Shown piece by piece: positions 44,164 through 53,605 of a stretch of 64,000 bases of DNA (positions are counted from its first letter, which is position 1; the number at the start of each line of letters is the position of its first letter). A program made the position numbers and the translations under genes. The DNA is taken from positions 113,838-177,837 of the IMG/VR virus record IMGVR_UViG_3300045974_000283; one strand, given 5' to 3'. The stretch comes from a virus. The notes under the pieces are model-generated. The model made no database searches, was not told the origin of the DNA, and was given only the letters and a program-made list of their open reading frames with translations.

Positions 44164-44370
44164 ATGGCCTACGATGACAAGAACAAGACCATCATGCAAC
44201 CCCAGATTCCCAATGAGCCCGCTGAACTAGCGGCTGTCCGACGCGCGAACAACCCGAGCAACGAACCTGTCGGTCACTTCACCGGGCGCTGCCGTCACTG
44301 CGGCTCCAAAGATCTCTGGGACGACAACCTTCACTACGGCTGCAACTCCTGCAAAGCCCTGCTGAGCTGA
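44164..44370 (+). CDS. Small zinc-ribbon protein
   Basis: CRHCGSKDLWDDNLHYGCNSC. Confidence 0.6.
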   Translation: MAYDDKNKTIMQPQIPNEPAELAAVRRANNPSNEPVGHFTGRCRHCGSKDLWDDNLHYGCNSCKALLS

Positions 44371-44372
44371 AC

Positions 44373-46604
44373 ATGCGAACCTTCAAGCGCCTGACCCTTC
44401 GGGGCTTTCCGTTCTTCAAGGACCAGACGTTTGAGTTGAACGCCAACCCGCTCACCGTCATCACGGGCCTCAACTTGGAGGGCGTGACCAAGCGGGCGGG
44501 AGGCCCGGCCAACACAAACTTCACGGGCAAGTCCCTGTTCTTCTCGCAACTGCGCGACCTGTTCTTCCCGTCTGGTGCCTCAGGCAAGGCCAAGGACAAG
44601 ATCCGTTCCGGCGAAGTCGAGCTTCTGATAGACGTCGGCAACCTAGCCTTCGAGATCGTGCGCTACGGCAAGGGCAAGGGCGACCGCTTTCGCATCACGA
44701 AGAACGGGAAAGACGTCACGCCTACAACCTCTGCCGATCAAGCGGCCTACGTCGCGCGCATCCTCGGCATGTCGCAAGACACCTACGAGGTCACCTACTA
44801 CCTCGACCATCTGAAGCCTCATGCCCTGCGCACGGGCGACACCGCTCAGCGCAAGGCGTTCTTCACCGAGTTCTTCGAACTGTACGCGGCCGACGAGGTC
44901 CGCAAGAAGATCAGTACGAAGCGCTCCGAGATACGGCGGGACTCAGCGGTCTTGGTCGAGCTACGCGACCAACTGAAGGCGATCCCGGAGGACGACGGTG
45001 CCACGATCCAGGCTTCGCTCGACAAGTGGCAAGGCCGCGTCACCGCGATGACCAATCTGCTGGAAGCCCTCCGCGAGCGCCGGGCGCTGCACGACTTCCG
45101 CACTCAACACGCTTCGGCGCTGTCGTATCTTGAGGCGCAGCGCTGCACCTCTGTGAAGGTGGCCCGCCACAAGCTCGCTTCGATGGAAGCCTCGGCAGAA
45201 GCAGGACGCAAAGCCCTCGCCGACGTCCGTGCTCAGGCCCGCTACTCGGTAGAGTTGGACGACTACCATCAGGCGCAAGTCGGTCGGCTGGAGTTCTTGC
45301 AGTCGCTGAATGTCGAAAGCGACGAGGACCTCGAAGCCAAGACCGAGATCATGGCCCGCCGTCTGCGGAAGGCCGAAGCAGAACACCTCGCAGCCCGCAC
45401 CGAAACTCAACGTGCTGACCATGCCTACGCCAAGGTGATGCTGGAATACCGTGATGCTGTCCAGTCGATGCGTGACGCCAAGAGCAGTCTGATCGAACTG
45501 AACGAGCGCGGCCCGAACGGAACCTGCGCCACCTGCGGTCAGGAAACGACCAACGAGCACTTCGACGCCGAGGTCTCTGCGGCCAAGAAGAAAATCCGTT
45601 CAGGTCAGACCCTAGTCGCCAGCCTCGAAGAGAAGCTCAAGACTGCGATGGCGGAACAGACTGCTTCCACCGAGAAGCTCGCCATCTGGGAAGGTCGTGT
45701 AGACGCCACCACGCGCAAGCTCGAAGCCTACGAGAAGGTTCCGCCGATTCCTGTGGAGCCGAAGCGGCCCAATGGCATGAGCAAGGACGCCCCGAGTCCG
45801 GCCAAGCTGCAGAAACTTCTGGACGAGCTGACCCCTACCATCAGCGCCCTGCAAGACCTGCTCGACGAATCGGTGCGGCCCCTGCTGCTCCAGCACTTCG
45901 GCAGCACAGACGAGCCCTACTCCAACGAGGAGTGGGACCGCATCAGCGACAAACTGCGCAAGGCGCAAGTATCAGTGGGCGTCCTGGAATCCAGGCAGAG
46001 CGCTCTGTTCGAGGCGGCTACCCTGCGCGAGAGCCTGACCAAGCGCATCGCCGAGCTGGAGGACTCGGTCAAGGACACAGAGCCTATCAACGTGCTCTAC
46101 AAAGCCTTCTCGTCCAACACGGGCGTCAAGACTCTGCAGATACGTTCCACCTGCGCGATCCTCGAAGCTCAGGTCAACAAGATGGCGGCTCAGCTCTTCC
46201 CCAACCCTTACACCTTCCGGTTCGACCTCGACAAGCAATTCACGCTCGACGTCACCCGTACCGTGGGCAAGAAGGAGGTGACCTCCGACGTTCGCAAGCT
46301 GTCAGGCGCCGAGGCTGGTCTGTTCGACCTACTGCTGTCCATCAGCTTGATGAGCTTCTTGCCCGCGTCCAAGCGCTGCAACCTTTTGATCATGGACGAG
46401 ATCGACGCCAACTTTGGCCCGAGCGTTTCCCAAGTCTTCGTGAGCTTCCTACCTAAGCTGGCACAGATGGTTCCAAACATACTGATCATCACCCCGAAAG
46501 AAACGAACTACGGTTCGGATGCGGTCTACTACACGGTCGTTCATCGTGCGGGCCAGTCTAAGATCCTTACCGGGCGACGTCGTGCTCAAGGGGTCGCTTC
46601 ATGA
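44373..46604 (+). CDS. sbcC: SbcC/Rad50 (gp46-like) ABC ATPase
   Basis: NFTGKS (Walker A), coiled coils with CATC zinc hook, LSGAE signature, LIMDEID. Confidence 0.93.
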   Translation: MRTFKRLTLRGFPFFKDQTFELNANPLTVITGLNLEGVTKRAGGPANTNFTGKSLFFSQLRDLFFPSGASGKAKDKIRSGEVELLIDVGNLAFEIVRYGKGKGDRFRITKNGKDVTPTTSADQAAYVARILGMSQDTYEVTYYLDHLKPHALRTGDTAQRKAFFTEFFELYAADEVRKKISTKRSEIRRDSAVLVELRDQLKAIPEDDGATIQASLDKWQGRVTAMTNLLEALRERRALHDFRTQHASALSYLEAQRCTSVKVARHKLASMEASAEAGRKALADVRAQARYSVELDDYHQAQVGRLEFLQSLNVESDEDLEAKTEIMARRLRKAEAEHLAARTETQRADHAYAKVMLEYRDAVQSMRDAKSSLIELNERGPNGTCATCGQETTNEHFDAEVSAAKKKIRSGQTLVASLEEKLKTAMAEQTASTEKLAIWEGRVDATTRKLEAYEKVPPIPVEPKRPNGMSKDAPSPAKLQKLLDELTPTISALQDLLDESVRPLLLQHFGSTDEPYSNEEWDRISDKLRKAQVSVGVLESRQSALFEAATLRESLTKRIAELEDSVKDTEPINVLYKAFSSNTGVKTLQIRSTCAILEAQVNKMAAQLFPNPYTFRFDLDKQFTLDVTRTVGKKEVTSDVRKLSGAEAGLFDLLLSISLMSFLPASKRCNLLIMDEIDANFGPSVSQVFVSFLPKLAQMVPNILIITPKETNYGSDAVYYTVVHRAGQSKILTGRRRAQGVAS

Positions 46605-47296
46605 GTGCGAAGGTCTACCCTATCGGCATCGCCCTCGGCCTGCCGCTGATGTCGCTGATCGAGGTGATGGAAGTCGTGGTGGGCGAGCTAGGCGCACCAC
46701 TGAGGGCGGTGACCTTGGTCAACGGAGTGCGCAACGACTATGGTATCGACCCGTCCACGCTGCGCTTCTACTCACCATGGAAGTTTGTCTTCCTCAACAA
46801 CTGTGCTGACCTGCGGCGTCTGTCAATGGAAGCGGATCGTCAGGTGTTCCTGATCAGCTCGGAGCATTCGGAGCTGGACCGCTACAAGATACCTATCTAC
46901 CCGATGGGTCGGTTGAAGGCGCACGATGCTGCCTACCTAACGGCGAACGACGACCCATTGGAGCTTCATAACCCGCCGCCCTTCGACATCCTGAAGGAAG
47001 CGCTGGAAGCTTCCACGCGCAAGTCGTTCATGTCTCTGGTCAACCCCCTGTTCTACAGGGTTGTCTCGGCCGAACGAGACCGGGCTCGCAGCGAGTTCGT
47101 TGCTTTCATGTTCGGTGGCCCCACGCCTACCGGCATCCCAGACATCCTCAAGCGGGCGCTGGACAGCCCTGAGTGCGCTCAGCTGAAAACATGGGCGGCT
47201 CATGCCGTGCAGAACGGTCTCGACAACACGCTGGATGTCTACCCAGACGCCGATGAGTTCGACATTCGTTACCTGATCGCCAAACATTCAAAGTGA
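46601..47296 (+). CDS. Hypothetical protein in the replication cluster
   Basis: ATGA-coupled to sbcC. Confidence 0.65.
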   Translation: MSAKVYPIGIALGLPLMSLIEVMEVVVGELGAPLRAVTLVNGVRNDYGIDPSTLRFYSPWKFVFLNNCADLRRLSMEADRQVFLISSEHSELDRYKIPIYPMGRLKAHDAAYLTANDDPLELHNPPPFDILKEALEASTRKSFMSLVNPLFYRVVSAERDRARSEFVAFMFGGPTPTGIPDILKRALDSPECAQLKTWAAHAVQNGLDNTLDVYPDADEFDIRYLIAKHSK

Positions 47297-47604
47297 GCAA
47301 GATGAGCCCTCCAACACAGATTGAAAATCTCAAGTATCAGAATCCGTGGGCGATGACCCCTGCCGTGTGCAAGGTTCTGGAGAAGATGATGCTCGTCGAC
47401 AGCATGATCGAAGTCGCCGACCTGCTGAACCTCTCGCTGAAAACCGTTGAGACTCAGCTTTCGACTGCCAAGAAATTCATGGGTATCAAATCGAGGCATC
47501 GAGTGGTCTTGGCCTACTACGAATTCCACCGTCTCAAGGAGGAGGATCCGAGTCTGGTGGTCACACTTGTTAATGGGTGGCCCATACACCCTGAGGAGAA
47601 ATGA
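47293..47604 (+). CDS. LuxR/GerE-type HTH protein
   Basis: MTPAVCKVL...EVADLLNLSLKTVETQLSTAKKFMGIKSR. Confidence 0.8.
   Translation: MSKMSPPTQIENLKYQNPWAMTPAVCKVLEKMMLVDSMIEVADLLNLSLKTVETQLSTAKKFMGIKSRHRVVLAYYEFHRLKEEDPSLVVTLVNGWPIHPEEK
47569..47574 (+). promoter_or_regulatory. GTTAAT putative phage promoter box
   Basis: TTGTTAATGG, 37 nt before ATG 47606. Confidence 0.55.
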
Positions 47605-47605
47605 G

Positions 47606-47809
47606 ATGAACATTCACGACGACCAAGCCGCCCCGAACTCAGCGGTGGTGGCGTTCCAAGAGGGCTCCGCGGCCTACGACCTCGGTGTTGACCCCGGCAA
47701 CAATCCATACGACGACGAATCCGACGAATGGGTTCAGTGGCGCGAGGGCATGGCGGAAGCGGCCGAGGAGGCCGACGACATCGACGTCCTGCGGGAGCTG
47801 CGGCCGTGA
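47606..47809 (+). CDS. Rmf/CrpP-like small protein
   Basis: AFQEGSAAYDLG....NPYDDESDEWVQWREG; RBS GAGGAG. Confidence 0.6.
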   Translation: MNIHDDQAAPNSAVVAFQEGSAAYDLGVDPGNNPYDDESDEWVQWREGMAEAAEEADDIDVLRELRP

Positions 47810-48090
47810 ATGACAAGCCTCAGTTCGGCATCTTGCTCGTTGGTCTCGCGGCTCTGGTCGGGTTCCTAGTTCTGGTGGCCCCGCGAATGGAAGCTCCGAT
47901 TGCAGATCATGGCAACCCGGAATATCTGGCCGAGAGAGCGAGAGGCATGGCCGCAATCGCAGCGGCGCGCGATGCCGAAATCGAGGAGCAATGCGCTACG
48001 AACCGACGCAGCCGCCGAAGCTGTCACTACTTCTACACGCAGAAGGAGTTCCAGCAAACCCACAAACGGCAACTCGGAATATCACCGTGA
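47806..48090 (+). CDS. Small membrane-anchored protein
   Basis: GTGA overlap; N-terminal TM (FGILLVGLAALVGFLVLVA). Confidence 0.55.
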   Translation: MNDKPQFGILLVGLAALVGFLVLVAPRMEAPIADHGNPEYLAERARGMAAIAAARDAEIEEQCATNRRSRRSCHYFYTQKEFQQTHKRQLGISP

Positions 48091-50573
48091 AAATCCCTCA
48101 GCTCGAAGACCAGTTCGATCAGCTTCGCGAGATGAAATCGTTGAGTACGCTCAACGTCGCCGAAGGCTACGAGATCAACCCGCGTGTCCACCCGTTCTGG
48201 GGCAAGGCCAAGCGCAAGATGTTGTTCGTGTTGGAGAGCGTAGACGGTTCTGATATCAAGGCCGGGCGGTTGTTCGCGTCGCGCCTCGTGGGTCGCAACA
48301 ACGACTTCGAGGTCAACCGCATGATCGCCACCATGCGGAACACGCTGAAGCAGTCGTGGCATCTTTATCAAGAGTACCTCGAGCTCAACTCGCTGACGGA
48401 CGAATCAGCAGACCCCGACTTCGTGATCGGCTTCGTCAACTTCAACGCCACGAAGTACTTCCACCTAGTTGGCACACCGCGCCAGAATGCCCTCGCCAAA
48501 TGCGCCGAGCGTGTCCGCGCTGTCATTGCTGAGCTGGAACCCACAGACGTCGTCATCTTCGGCGACACGGCCACGCAGATGCTGGTCAAGGACCCGATGC
48601 CTACCGTGCTCCCGTGGAAGCGCGGATGGGTTCTTGAAACACAGATCGGTGACCACGCCTGCCGCGTCATCCCTACCCTGGACATCGAGCCGCTCTACAA
48701 TCAGTCTGGCGCGGATGCTGGCGATGACGGGGACGATGACGCTTCCGGCCCGGCTGACTTGCTCTACTTCGTCTGCCGCAACCTCTGCCACGCCTACGCA
48801 CAGAAGCACCTGCACTCGCTCGCTCACATCAAGCCCAAGGTAATCTTCGTCGACACGATGGAGAAGTTCCAGGCTCTGTACGACAAGCTGATGTCCACGC
48901 CTATGGACTTTCCGATCGGATGGGACTTGGAGACCGCCTCGCTGGAGGCGTACAAGAACGCCATCTACACGGTCCAGATCGCCTTCAGCACGACTCAGGG
49001 TTACATGATCCCGCTGCGGCACAAGGACACGCCGTTCGACGAGGAAGAACTCCAGTACATCGAGTCCTGCCTGCGGTACTTCATGTCCCGGCGCAAGCGC
49101 TCGGAACGACGCATCCTGGTCGGTGCCAACTTCCAGTTCGACATGAAGGTGATGCGCGGTCAGTGGAACATCCCGGTCATATACCACTACGTCTGGGACG
49201 TCGCGGCTGGCGAAATTCTGATTGACGAGAACATAGCGCTGTTCGACCGTATCAAGTTCCGTGTTCTGCACGAGAACGTCAAGGTCACCCTCGGCAACCT
49301 GAGGGCTCTGGCTACTCACTACGGCAACGACCTCTATTGGCGTATCGCCTTCTCGAAAGGTGAGCGGCACACGTTCGGCAGCATCAACGTGTGCGAGGAC
49401 AAGAACGCTCAGTTCTACGGCATCTTCGACGCGGTCATTGTGCTCGGCATCCGCCAGCAACAGATTGCCAAGGCTACGAAGATTCGCCTGTCGCCGAAGC
49501 AGACCTACGAGGGATACTATCAGCGCCACGTTGCCCGGCAGATGTCCAACACCTGCCACGCTACATCGTCGATGCATCAGCACGGCTCGCACGTTGAACT
49601 GAAGTTCATGGCGCATCTGGCAAGCAAGGACTCGCCGATCCTCACAGTGATGCGCGACACCGAGCGCGAGCTTATGGCGTCGCCCCTCGTGGAACAGGCT
49701 AACGACCGTCTGTGCAAGGCTGAGGGAGTTCGGGCTACGGGTCTCTTCAAGCAGAAGATCAACCTCTTCTCACTCAGCAAGGGCGACGGCCTGGAGCAAC
49801 TCTTCTTCGGTGTCATGGGTTTGAAGCCTATCGCCATCAGCGACAAGACGGGCAAGCCATCCATCGACAAAGTGTTCCTTGCCGAGTATGCTCCTCTCTA
49901 CCCAGAGGTAGGTCTAGCGCAGCAATGGCGCATCGCCCAGAAGCTGGTCAGTACCTACGTCAAGGGATGGGCCATCAAAGCGCAGAAGGCTGGCGACTCC
50001 TTTGCTGACCACTGCCTACGGGCGAGTTTCAGCTTCATGATCGTCACGGGGCGGCTCAACTCGTTCGATCCCAACCTTCAGCAAGCTCCGTCACGAGGCA
50101 AGCTGGCGAAGCTCATCAAGGAAGCGTTCCGTGCTCGCAAGGGTCGCTTCAACTTCGCGTGGGACTTCAACGCATCCGAAGTCCGGTGGGCGGCTTGTTT
50201 GTCCGGCGACACCATCCTGCGCGACGCGTTCCTTGCCGGGTTAATGCTGAGGCGGCAGCTCATCAAGGAAACTGATCCCGAGAAGCGCAAGGCCATCATC
50301 AAGCTGATCAAGACCGAAGGCGACATCCACGTTCGTAGCGTGTTTGCGTTCTTCGGCATCTGGGTTGACAAGGACCATCCGCTGCGCGCCGCTGTCAAGG
50401 CGGTCGTGTTCGGCGTCCTGTACGGCAAGGCCGCTGCCACGCTTTCCAAGAACCTGATGGGCGAAGCCCGCTATCGCCACCGCGACATCATCCTCGCGGC
50501 TAAGAAACGCGTCAAAGCCATCCAAGCGCAGATCAAAGCGCTCACCGTCACGAAAGAAGCCGAGGAAGTATGA
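48087..50573 (+). CDS. polA: DNA polymerase family A, N-terminal part (UDG-like domain + 3'-5' exonuclease + motifs A and B)
   Basis: ExoI WDLET, ExoII GANFQFD, ExoIII YGIFD; GRLNSFDPNLQQ; motif A WDFNASEVR; motif B RAAVKAVVFGVLYG (Phe at the 762-equivalent); no motif C. GTG start inferred (track start 47991). Confidence 0.93.
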   Translation: MKIPQLEDQFDQLREMKSLSTLNVAEGYEINPRVHPFWGKAKRKMLFVLESVDGSDIKAGRLFASRLVGRNNDFEVNRMIATMRNTLKQSWHLYQEYLELNSLTDESADPDFVIGFVNFNATKYFHLVGTPRQNALAKCAERVRAVIAELEPTDVVIFGDTATQMLVKDPMPTVLPWKRGWVLETQIGDHACRVIPTLDIEPLYNQSGADAGDDGDDDASGPADLLYFVCRNLCHAYAQKHLHSLAHIKPKVIFVDTMEKFQALYDKLMSTPMDFPIGWDLETASLEAYKNAIYTVQIAFSTTQGYMIPLRHKDTPFDEEELQYIESCLRYFMSRRKRSERRILVGANFQFDMKVMRGQWNIPVIYHYVWDVAAGEILIDENIALFDRIKFRVLHENVKVTLGNLRALATHYGNDLYWRIAFSKGERHTFGSINVCEDKNAQFYGIFDAVIVLGIRQQQIAKATKIRLSPKQTYEGYYQRHVARQMSNTCHATSSMHQHGSHVELKFMAHLASKDSPILTVMRDTERELMASPLVEQANDRLCKAEGVRATGLFKQKINLFSLSKGDGLEQLFFGVMGLKPIAISDKTGKPSIDKVFLAEYAPLYPEVGLAQQWRIAQKLVSTYVKGWAIKAQKAGDSFADHCLRASFSFMIVTGRLNSFDPNLQQAPSRGKLAKLIKEAFRARKGRFNFAWDFNASEVRWAACLSGDTILRDAFLAGLMLRRQLIKETDPEKRKAIIKLIKTEGDIHVRSVFAFFGIWVDKDHPLRAAVKAVVFGVLYGKAAATLSKNLMGEARYRHRDIILAAKKRVKAIQAQIKALTVTKEAEEV

Positions 50574-51265
50574 AACAATTCGAATTCCACCACACCGTCA
50601 CAGGCATCTCGGTCAAGATGTTCGCCCACCTCTGCCTTCAGAGGCGGATGCGGGCGCTGGTCATCGACAACCTGACCAACGACACCGGGAAGACCGTGTC
50701 GCAGGATTTCATCACTGCTTCCGAGTTCAAGGACGAGATGAGCTATAGCGGGGCACTTGAAATGCTCGCTTACCAGAAAAGCTTCCTGGTCAGCGCGGGA
50801 GCGGTCGTGCTTCGTAGCAAGATCGAGGTAAACGCCAAGCAAGAACTAGCTGGAATGCCGATTCCGCTTGGCGACATCATGCTACCTGCGGGCATGTACC
50901 ATGAGACGCATGTGACCGTGTCAGTGCCCGACGAGAAGCTTCCGCAGTTCTTCAGCGTCGCCCGCCAGCACAGGTTCCACGTTTCTATGGACGGCCTGCA
51001 GAATGCTCACCGCCATCGCCGTCTGCGTCCGGGCCACAAACAACAGGACGCAAAGTTCTGGTTGACGGCGCGCTCACCAGATGCCAGCCTCGTGCGTCTG
51101 GAATCGCATACGAACGCCATGATGTGCGACCTCGACAGCTTCTCTATCAGCCACAAGGAGCCTCAGTACGAGCTCGTCATCCATGACAGCAATCTGCCGC
51201 ACGACGACCGTTGGATGGGCCGACCCCGTCAACTGTCTGACGATCTTTATGCGTTGGCGGCATGA
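50570..51265 (+). CDS. Hypothetical protein between the polA halves
   Basis: ATGA-coupled; YHETHVTV...ELVIHDSNLPHDDRW C-terminus. Confidence 0.7.
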   Translation: MKQFEFHHTVTGISVKMFAHLCLQRRMRALVIDNLTNDTGKTVSQDFITASEFKDEMSYSGALEMLAYQKSFLVSAGAVVLRSKIEVNAKQELAGMPIPLGDIMLPAGMYHETHVTVSVPDEKLPQFFSVARQHRFHVSMDGLQNAHRHRRLRPGHKQQDAKFWLTARSPDASLVRLESHTNAMMCDLDSFSISHKEPQYELVIHDSNLPHDDRWMGRPRQLSDDLYALAA

Positions 51266-51567
51266 TGGGAGTTCTTACTTCTTCTGCTCCGAAGGTCACG
51301 CGCATCGACTACGGAGAACTCGCCAAGACCGACCCCAAGGCCGCGCTGACCTCTTGGTTTGACTTCCACTCCCAGGATCACAACGAGGAACATATGACGG
51401 TGGCGCCGGAACGCTCGGCGCCTTTCTACGTGACCCGCCTCGCTGAGGACGGTCAATACTACGGTAGCGACCGCATCCTCACGGAAGCAGAACTCCTGAA
51501 GCGGAAGTTCACCCTCTCATGGACGCAACGTGATTACCCATGGATAAGTTTCGAGGACGAGTCATGA
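51262..51567 (+). CDS. Hypothetical protein between the polA halves
   Basis: ATGA-coupled, 101 aa. Confidence 0.6.
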   Translation: MMGVLTSSAPKVTRIDYGELAKTDPKAALTSWFDFHSQDHNEEHMTVAPERSAPFYVTRLAEDGQYYGSDRILTEAELLKRKFTLSWTQRDYPWISFEDES

Positions 51568-52148
51568 CGTCTGCTCCCCCGAAGTACCTGTCAGGTGGCG
51601 TCATGACGCCTATGCAAATCACCTTCTTGGCTCGCGAGCTGTTCGTGTTCAGCGAGATCGTCAAGGGCAACATGGACCGCTATCCTGAGGATGATAACGT
51701 CTGGAACGAGCCAGAGGTGTCCATCGCTGTCCGTATGTACTGGGAACCTATCGCTCGTCACGCTATAGCTCTGGCCGGGCCTGTCATCTCCAAGTCCGCC
51801 GCCGAGATGACGTCGATGGTCAACAACCATCTGGTCTTGTCCTGCGTCGCCTATGCGGTTCATCATAGAACTGTGCTCGCGCAACCACGCGGATCTCGTG
51901 TTCACCTGTCGCCTGATTCGGTGGCTGAGATCGTAGCCGGATATATGCCGTCTATTGGTTCTACTGTGGCTCACGGCAAGGCGCAGTCGCTTGGTCTTGT
52001 TGGTCGATCACTTGAGTCAATCAAGAAACTGGAGCAGCTTGAAGACTACGAGATGGACCGGGACGAACTAAGGGATATTCAGCAATCGCTGCTCGAATAT
52101 CAGTCTTGGCTGATGACTTCGGCGGTGACCGACAAGGCAGCATCATGA
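51564..52148 (+). CDS. Hypothetical protein between the polA halves
   Basis: ATGA-coupled, helical. Confidence 0.6.
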   Translation: MTSAPPKYLSGGVMTPMQITFLARELFVFSEIVKGNMDRYPEDDNVWNEPEVSIAVRMYWEPIARHAIALAGPVISKSAAEMTSMVNNHLVLSCVAYAVHHRTVLAQPRGSRVHLSPDSVAEIVAGYMPSIGSTVAHGKAQSLGLVGRSLESIKKLEQLEDYEMDRDELRDIQQSLLEYQSWLMTSAVTDKAAS

Positions 52149-52657
52149 CCCAGCGAAATCACCACGGGCCATTCTTCGAGTCGGACGGCCACCGACTGCT
52201 ACAGTTGATTCTTAGCTCTTTGAAGACTCACATAATGATGACAGGGAACTGGAGTGGCAACATCACGCAGGTCTCTCATAAATACATAAACGGATCGGCT
52301 GTTCAGATATCTATACCACAAAGTGTCCAGAACTTGGTCATCAGTCAGAAAGGAAATGAGCCGATTCTGATAATGTCGAGACAAGCCTTTGGGCTATTCA
52401 TAAAGAACCTAGGCTCAGGCAGTGACCCGTTGACCTTGGACGGCAGCTACGAGTTCACGCGGCCAGAATTCTCGTCTCAGGCTCAATCAGACCTTCCGAT
52501 TTCAATGAAAATACAAATCGGCGGCATGATGCTGGAATTCAAGGTTCTGGTTCTGCACTCCGTACCGGGCGACATACCGGAGTTCGACGATGCCCTTTCG
52601 GAGCGCGTTATTATGACTCCAACCGATCTGTACACCTGCTATCTGCCGCGCTGTTAA
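52145..52657 (+). CDS. AT-richer hypothetical protein between the polA halves
   Basis: ATGA-coupled; visibly more A/T-ending codons (ATA, AAA, TCA). Confidence 0.55.
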   Translation: MTQRNHHGPFFESDGHRLLQLILSSLKTHIMMTGNWSGNITQVSHKYINGSAVQISIPQSVQNLVISQKGNEPILIMSRQAFGLFIKNLGSGSDPLTLDGSYEFTRPEFSSQAQSDLPISMKIQIGGMMLEFKVLVLHSVPGDIPEFDDALSERVIMTPTDLYTCYLPRC

Positions 52658-52658
52658 T
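52653..52658 (+). promoter_or_regulatory. GTTAAT putative phage promoter box
   Basis: GCTGTTAATAG, 41 nt before the ATG of the polA C-terminal gene. Confidence 0.6.
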
Positions 52659-52693
52659 AGCACCGCACAATCCGACTTAGTTCGAGGGTATTT

Positions 52694-53602
52694 ATGTCAG
52701 ACACCAAATCCAAACCTATCGCACCTGCACCGACGCGTGAATCCCTGACCAAGGAATTGGCCGCGGCTCACGCCGCACTCACCAAGGCCCTAGCCGATCA
52801 GCAAGAGGAGATGGTCACCTCCAAGATTCCCTACGAATCCCAACGCGATCCCAGCGGATGGCTCGGATTCTCATCCGAGGTCTACGACAAGTTTTTCGCG
52901 GGGTATCCTGGCGTATCCGCCCGAATCGACCTCTACAAGGAACAGATACGCGAACGCCTCTGGGTTATCTCACCTATCGGCCAGCGTCGTACCATGTACC
53001 GAATCCTGACGGGCGACCCGTCATTCATCGCGGGCGCTGAACGCCGTGCGGTCAACTCGCCGATTCAGGGTATCAGCTCGCAGGTAGGCATCACCGCCGG
53101 ATACCTGATTCAGATCGAGGTCTACGAATACTGCCTAGCCCGCAAGATTCCCGTCGAGTACACCACGATGTTCGTTCGTGCGGTTCACGACGCATCCTAC
53201 TTCGAGGAATCCTACCGCCTGATCATCCCTGCCATACACATCAATCAGCACGTTGCCACCGTCGGCGTCCATGAATACTACAAGAAGGAATTCAACTACG
53301 AGTTCCTGCTCGATCCTGAGATCGAGATGGAAGTGGGCGCGTCGGATGCCCGCGCTGATTCGTGGAATTGGGTTCTGGACGATCTGCCACCTCTGCTCAT
53401 CAAGGCGCTCGACGACCGCATCAAGGACGGATACGTCAAGGCCGAGCACCGTGCCAAGGCGCTGGAGGTCATCTTCAAGCCGTGGGTCAACAAGGCAGAA
53501 CGCCAGTATCTCCAGCGCAAGTATCCTCTGCTCCAGGTATCCGATCTGGAAGAGGAAATCTGCCTCGCCCTCGAACGCAACAACATCACACCGGAAAGGT
53601 AG
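52694..53602 (+). CDS. polA: DNA polymerase family A, C-terminal part (rest of fingers/palm, motif C)
   Basis: DKFFAGYPGV, SPIGQRR, AERRAVNSPIQG, motif C VRAVHDASYFE, PEIEMEVG. Confidence 0.92.
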   Translation: MSDTKSKPIAPAPTRESLTKELAAAHAALTKALADQQEEMVTSKIPYESQRDPSGWLGFSSEVYDKFFAGYPGVSARIDLYKEQIRERLWVISPIGQRRTMYRILTGDPSFIAGAERRAVNSPIQGISSQVGITAGYLIQIEVYEYCLARKIPVEYTTMFVRAVHDASYFEESYRLIIPAIHINQHVATVGVHEYYKKEFNYEFLLDPEIEMEVGASDARADSWNWVLDDLPPLLIKALDDRIKDGYVKAEHRAKALEVIFKPWVNKAERQYLQRKYPLLQVSDLEEEICLALERNNITPER

Positions 53603-53605
53603 AAA

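Noticed and set aside
50461-52830. Split intein or group I/II intron explaining the broken polA
   Set aside because: No intein N-terminal C/S block or C-terminal HN-(C/S/T); no LAGLIDADG, GIY-YIG, HNH or RT ORF; both halves have normal translation signals. RNA structure was not computed, so an intron is unlikely but not formally excluded.
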